Made by a program: the position numbers and the translations under genes. A stretch of 64,000 nucleotides of DNA, from positions 1-64,000 of the forward strand of contig JAVVEA010000014.1 of NCBI GenBank assembly GCA_032250835.1, given 5' to 3'. This document shows positions 62,480-64,000 of this stretch, piece by piece. The notes beneath the pieces are model-generated. The model did no database searches. It was not told the origin of the DNA and saw only the letters and a program-made list of their open reading frames with translations. How positions within the stretch are numbered: the first letter of the stretch is position 1; every line of letters starts with the position of its first letter. This stretch comes from a bacterium (GTDB taxonomy: Bacteria > SAR324 > XYD2-FULL-50-16).

Positions 62480-63109
62480 TTATTTGACCACCGTCAGACC
62501 CAAAGATTCCCAAGACTGCATCCCGCCTCGGTAATATTTGATCTTAGAGGCCGGGTAGCCGAATTTGAGCAGGGTACGGATGGCGGCAGGCGACTGCCCG
62601 CACCAAGCCCCGTTGCAGAACATCACCAGGGTCTTGGCCTTACTGAAGTCGTGTAACATAGCGTCTTCGGTCACCCCGGCGGTTTCTAAAAAGTCCATGG
62701 CCCCGGCGGCGTCGCCGCGCAGGGTGGTGTAGGGCACGTTGATGCTGCCCGGAATGGTGCCTTTTTCGACCCAATCCGGCGTACGGCTGTCGATCACCAG
62801 GATATTAGAATCCTTTTCTTTAGCTACCAAGAACTGTAACATCTCCAACTCGCCGATGGTCTCAATCGCATGGGGCGCAAAGGGATTCATCGGGGCGATT
62901 ACGCCCCGCCCGGTGGGCTGGTAGGCCGCATTGATTAGGTTCTTGGGGTTTTGGTTGCGCTTGATTTCGACCTTTTTCCCCTGATGGGTGACGGTCACTG
63001 AATAGAGTTCACTGGCTTTGTCGATCCAAACCTTGTCTGCCGCAAAGGCGGGCGAAGACAACACAAAACCAACCACCAAAGAGAGCAACAACTGTTTCAT
63101 CGAATCCAC
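62480..63109 (-). CDS. Exported rhodanese-domain sulfurtransferase
   Basis: Signal peptide; IDSRT..W...TIPGSINVP; FCNGAWCGQS; YRGGMQSW. Confidence 0.9.
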   Translation of the reverse strand: MDSMKQLLLSLVVGFVLSSPAFAADKVWIDKASELYSVTVTHQGKKVEIKRNQNPKNLINAAYQPTGRGVIAPMNPFAPHAIETIGELEMLQFLVAKEKDSNILVIDSRTPDWVEKGTIPGSINVPYTTLRGDAAGAMDFLETAGVTEDAMLHDFSKAKTLVMFCNGAWCGQSPAAIRTLLKFGYPASKIKYYRGGMQSWESLGLTVVK

Positions 63110-63129
63110 TCCATCAAGATTATAAAAGG

Positions 63130-63591
63130 TTAGAGTCCCCTGGCCGCAGCAATTCGCTGGTCCAAGTCACCCCAATAAAAATCAGCCCCGTTAAAGCCGA
63201 TCAGCGGTTCGGGACTGGTTTTCCCTTGGGGGTCTAAAAAGACCACCGTGGGGGTGACCGAAATTTTGTACTGGTCGACTAGGTCTTTGTACAAAATGTT
63301 TTGTCCCTCTGCGCCTTTGGCTCTTGTTGCGGGACGGTCAAAGGCGACCATCCGCACCACCGCCTGGGGAGCATATTCCCCGCTAGCCCGCATGGGGCCG
63401 AGGATTTGCTCTTCTAAGGCGACACAAAAGGGGCAGTCATCGGCCACGAAGACCAAGACCACCGCCTGATTCCGGTTTGAAGCCGCTTTTAAATCGGCCT
63501 TTAGGTCTGTTAAGGGGGGGAAGCTGTGTTCCACCGCCAGAGCTGGATTGGCCCAAAAAAGTAAGGCCAAAAAAATCCAAGACCTCTTCAT
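63130..63591 (-). CDS. Exported thioredoxin-fold protein (SoxW-like)
   Basis: Signal peptide; CPFC; VTPTVVFLD. Confidence 0.8.
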   Translation of the reverse strand: MKRSWIFLALLFWANPALAVEHSFPPLTDLKADLKAASNRNQAVVLVFVADDCPFCVALEEQILGPMRASGEYAPQAVVRMVAFDRPATRAKGAEGQNILYKDLVDQYKISVTPTVVFLDPQGKTSPEPLIGFNGADFYWGDLDQRIAAARGL

Positions 63592-63593
63592 CT

Positions 63594-64000
63594 TTAAAAC
63601 TCCCGCTCTTCAACTTCTAGATAAGAGAGGCTCAGGTGCTTGCCAAAACCGGTGTCAAACTCGCGCCAGTCTTGGTAGGCCGACATGGCCTCCAATACCT
63701 TAGGTTTCATGCTTAATTGGTCTTCGCCTTCCCGGAAACGGTCGATCACCACTCGCAGCAAGTCGTTATAATAATTGGCGCAGTCCTGGGCTATTTCGCG
63801 GCCCCCTGAAGGGCCGTGTCCGGGGATCATGACCGGCGCGCCGGTGTCCAAGGCCACCTGCATGGCATCGCGGGCCCCATAAAAGGAGCCATCGTCCATC
63901 CGCCCGACGGACTTGAAGCTACAGGTGTCCGACAAAAACAACGCGCCTTCTTCAACGATCTGCACCATCAAGTCCCCTTCGGTGTGGGATTTTTCGGGGT
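63594..64000 (-). CDS. MBL-fold metallohydrolase (SoxH-like), 5' part outside the window
   Basis: Frame open to the window edge: SHTEGDL, LFLSD, IPGHG. Confidence 0.75.
   Translation of the reverse strand, partial: PEKSHTEGDLMVQIVEEGALFLSDTCSFKSVGRMDDGSFYGARDAMQVALDTGAPVMIPGHGPSGGREIAQDCANYYNDLLRVVIDRFREGEDQLSMKPKVLEAMSAYQDWREFDTGFGKHLSLSYLEVEEREF

Overview
Bacterial chromosomal window, about 55% GC by eye and rich in signalling genes. (1) 1-2656: the AT-rich right end of a genomic island, closed by a duplicated 3' half of tRNA-Gly(TCC). It carries a membrane-tailed dCTP-deaminase/dUTPase-fold gene and a small-gene + ADP-ribosyltransferase-like pair. (2) Core and metabolic genes: nrfHA, MCP-cheW, an MMPL/LolA-like/barrel trio, amidoligase + peptidase C26, an SDR, a GMC oxidase, an RluA-family synthase, ppc, yaiI, a fragment of an aryl-polyene-like lipid cluster, a glucosylglycerate synthesis/recycling cluster, and YeeE/rhodanese/SoxW/SoxH-like sulfur genes. 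(3) Five sensor kinases and two response regulators. Four proteins share a ChiS-like DNA-binding domain in three architectures. (4) A barrel-FecR-giant lipoprotein operon whose Cys/Trp modules appear nested like balanced brackets. (5) The most striking feature is a 5.57-kb recombinase-free insertion (40429-45999). It is bounded by two 80-bp hairpins with compensatory base changes and flanked by a 228-bp direct repeat. It carries two shell-less Rhs-core genes with different tips and three paralogous lipoproteins. Two entries in the supplied ORF track (18948..19784 and 56249..58087) are labelled minus but read on the plus strand. All family assignments come from motif recognition, not database searches.
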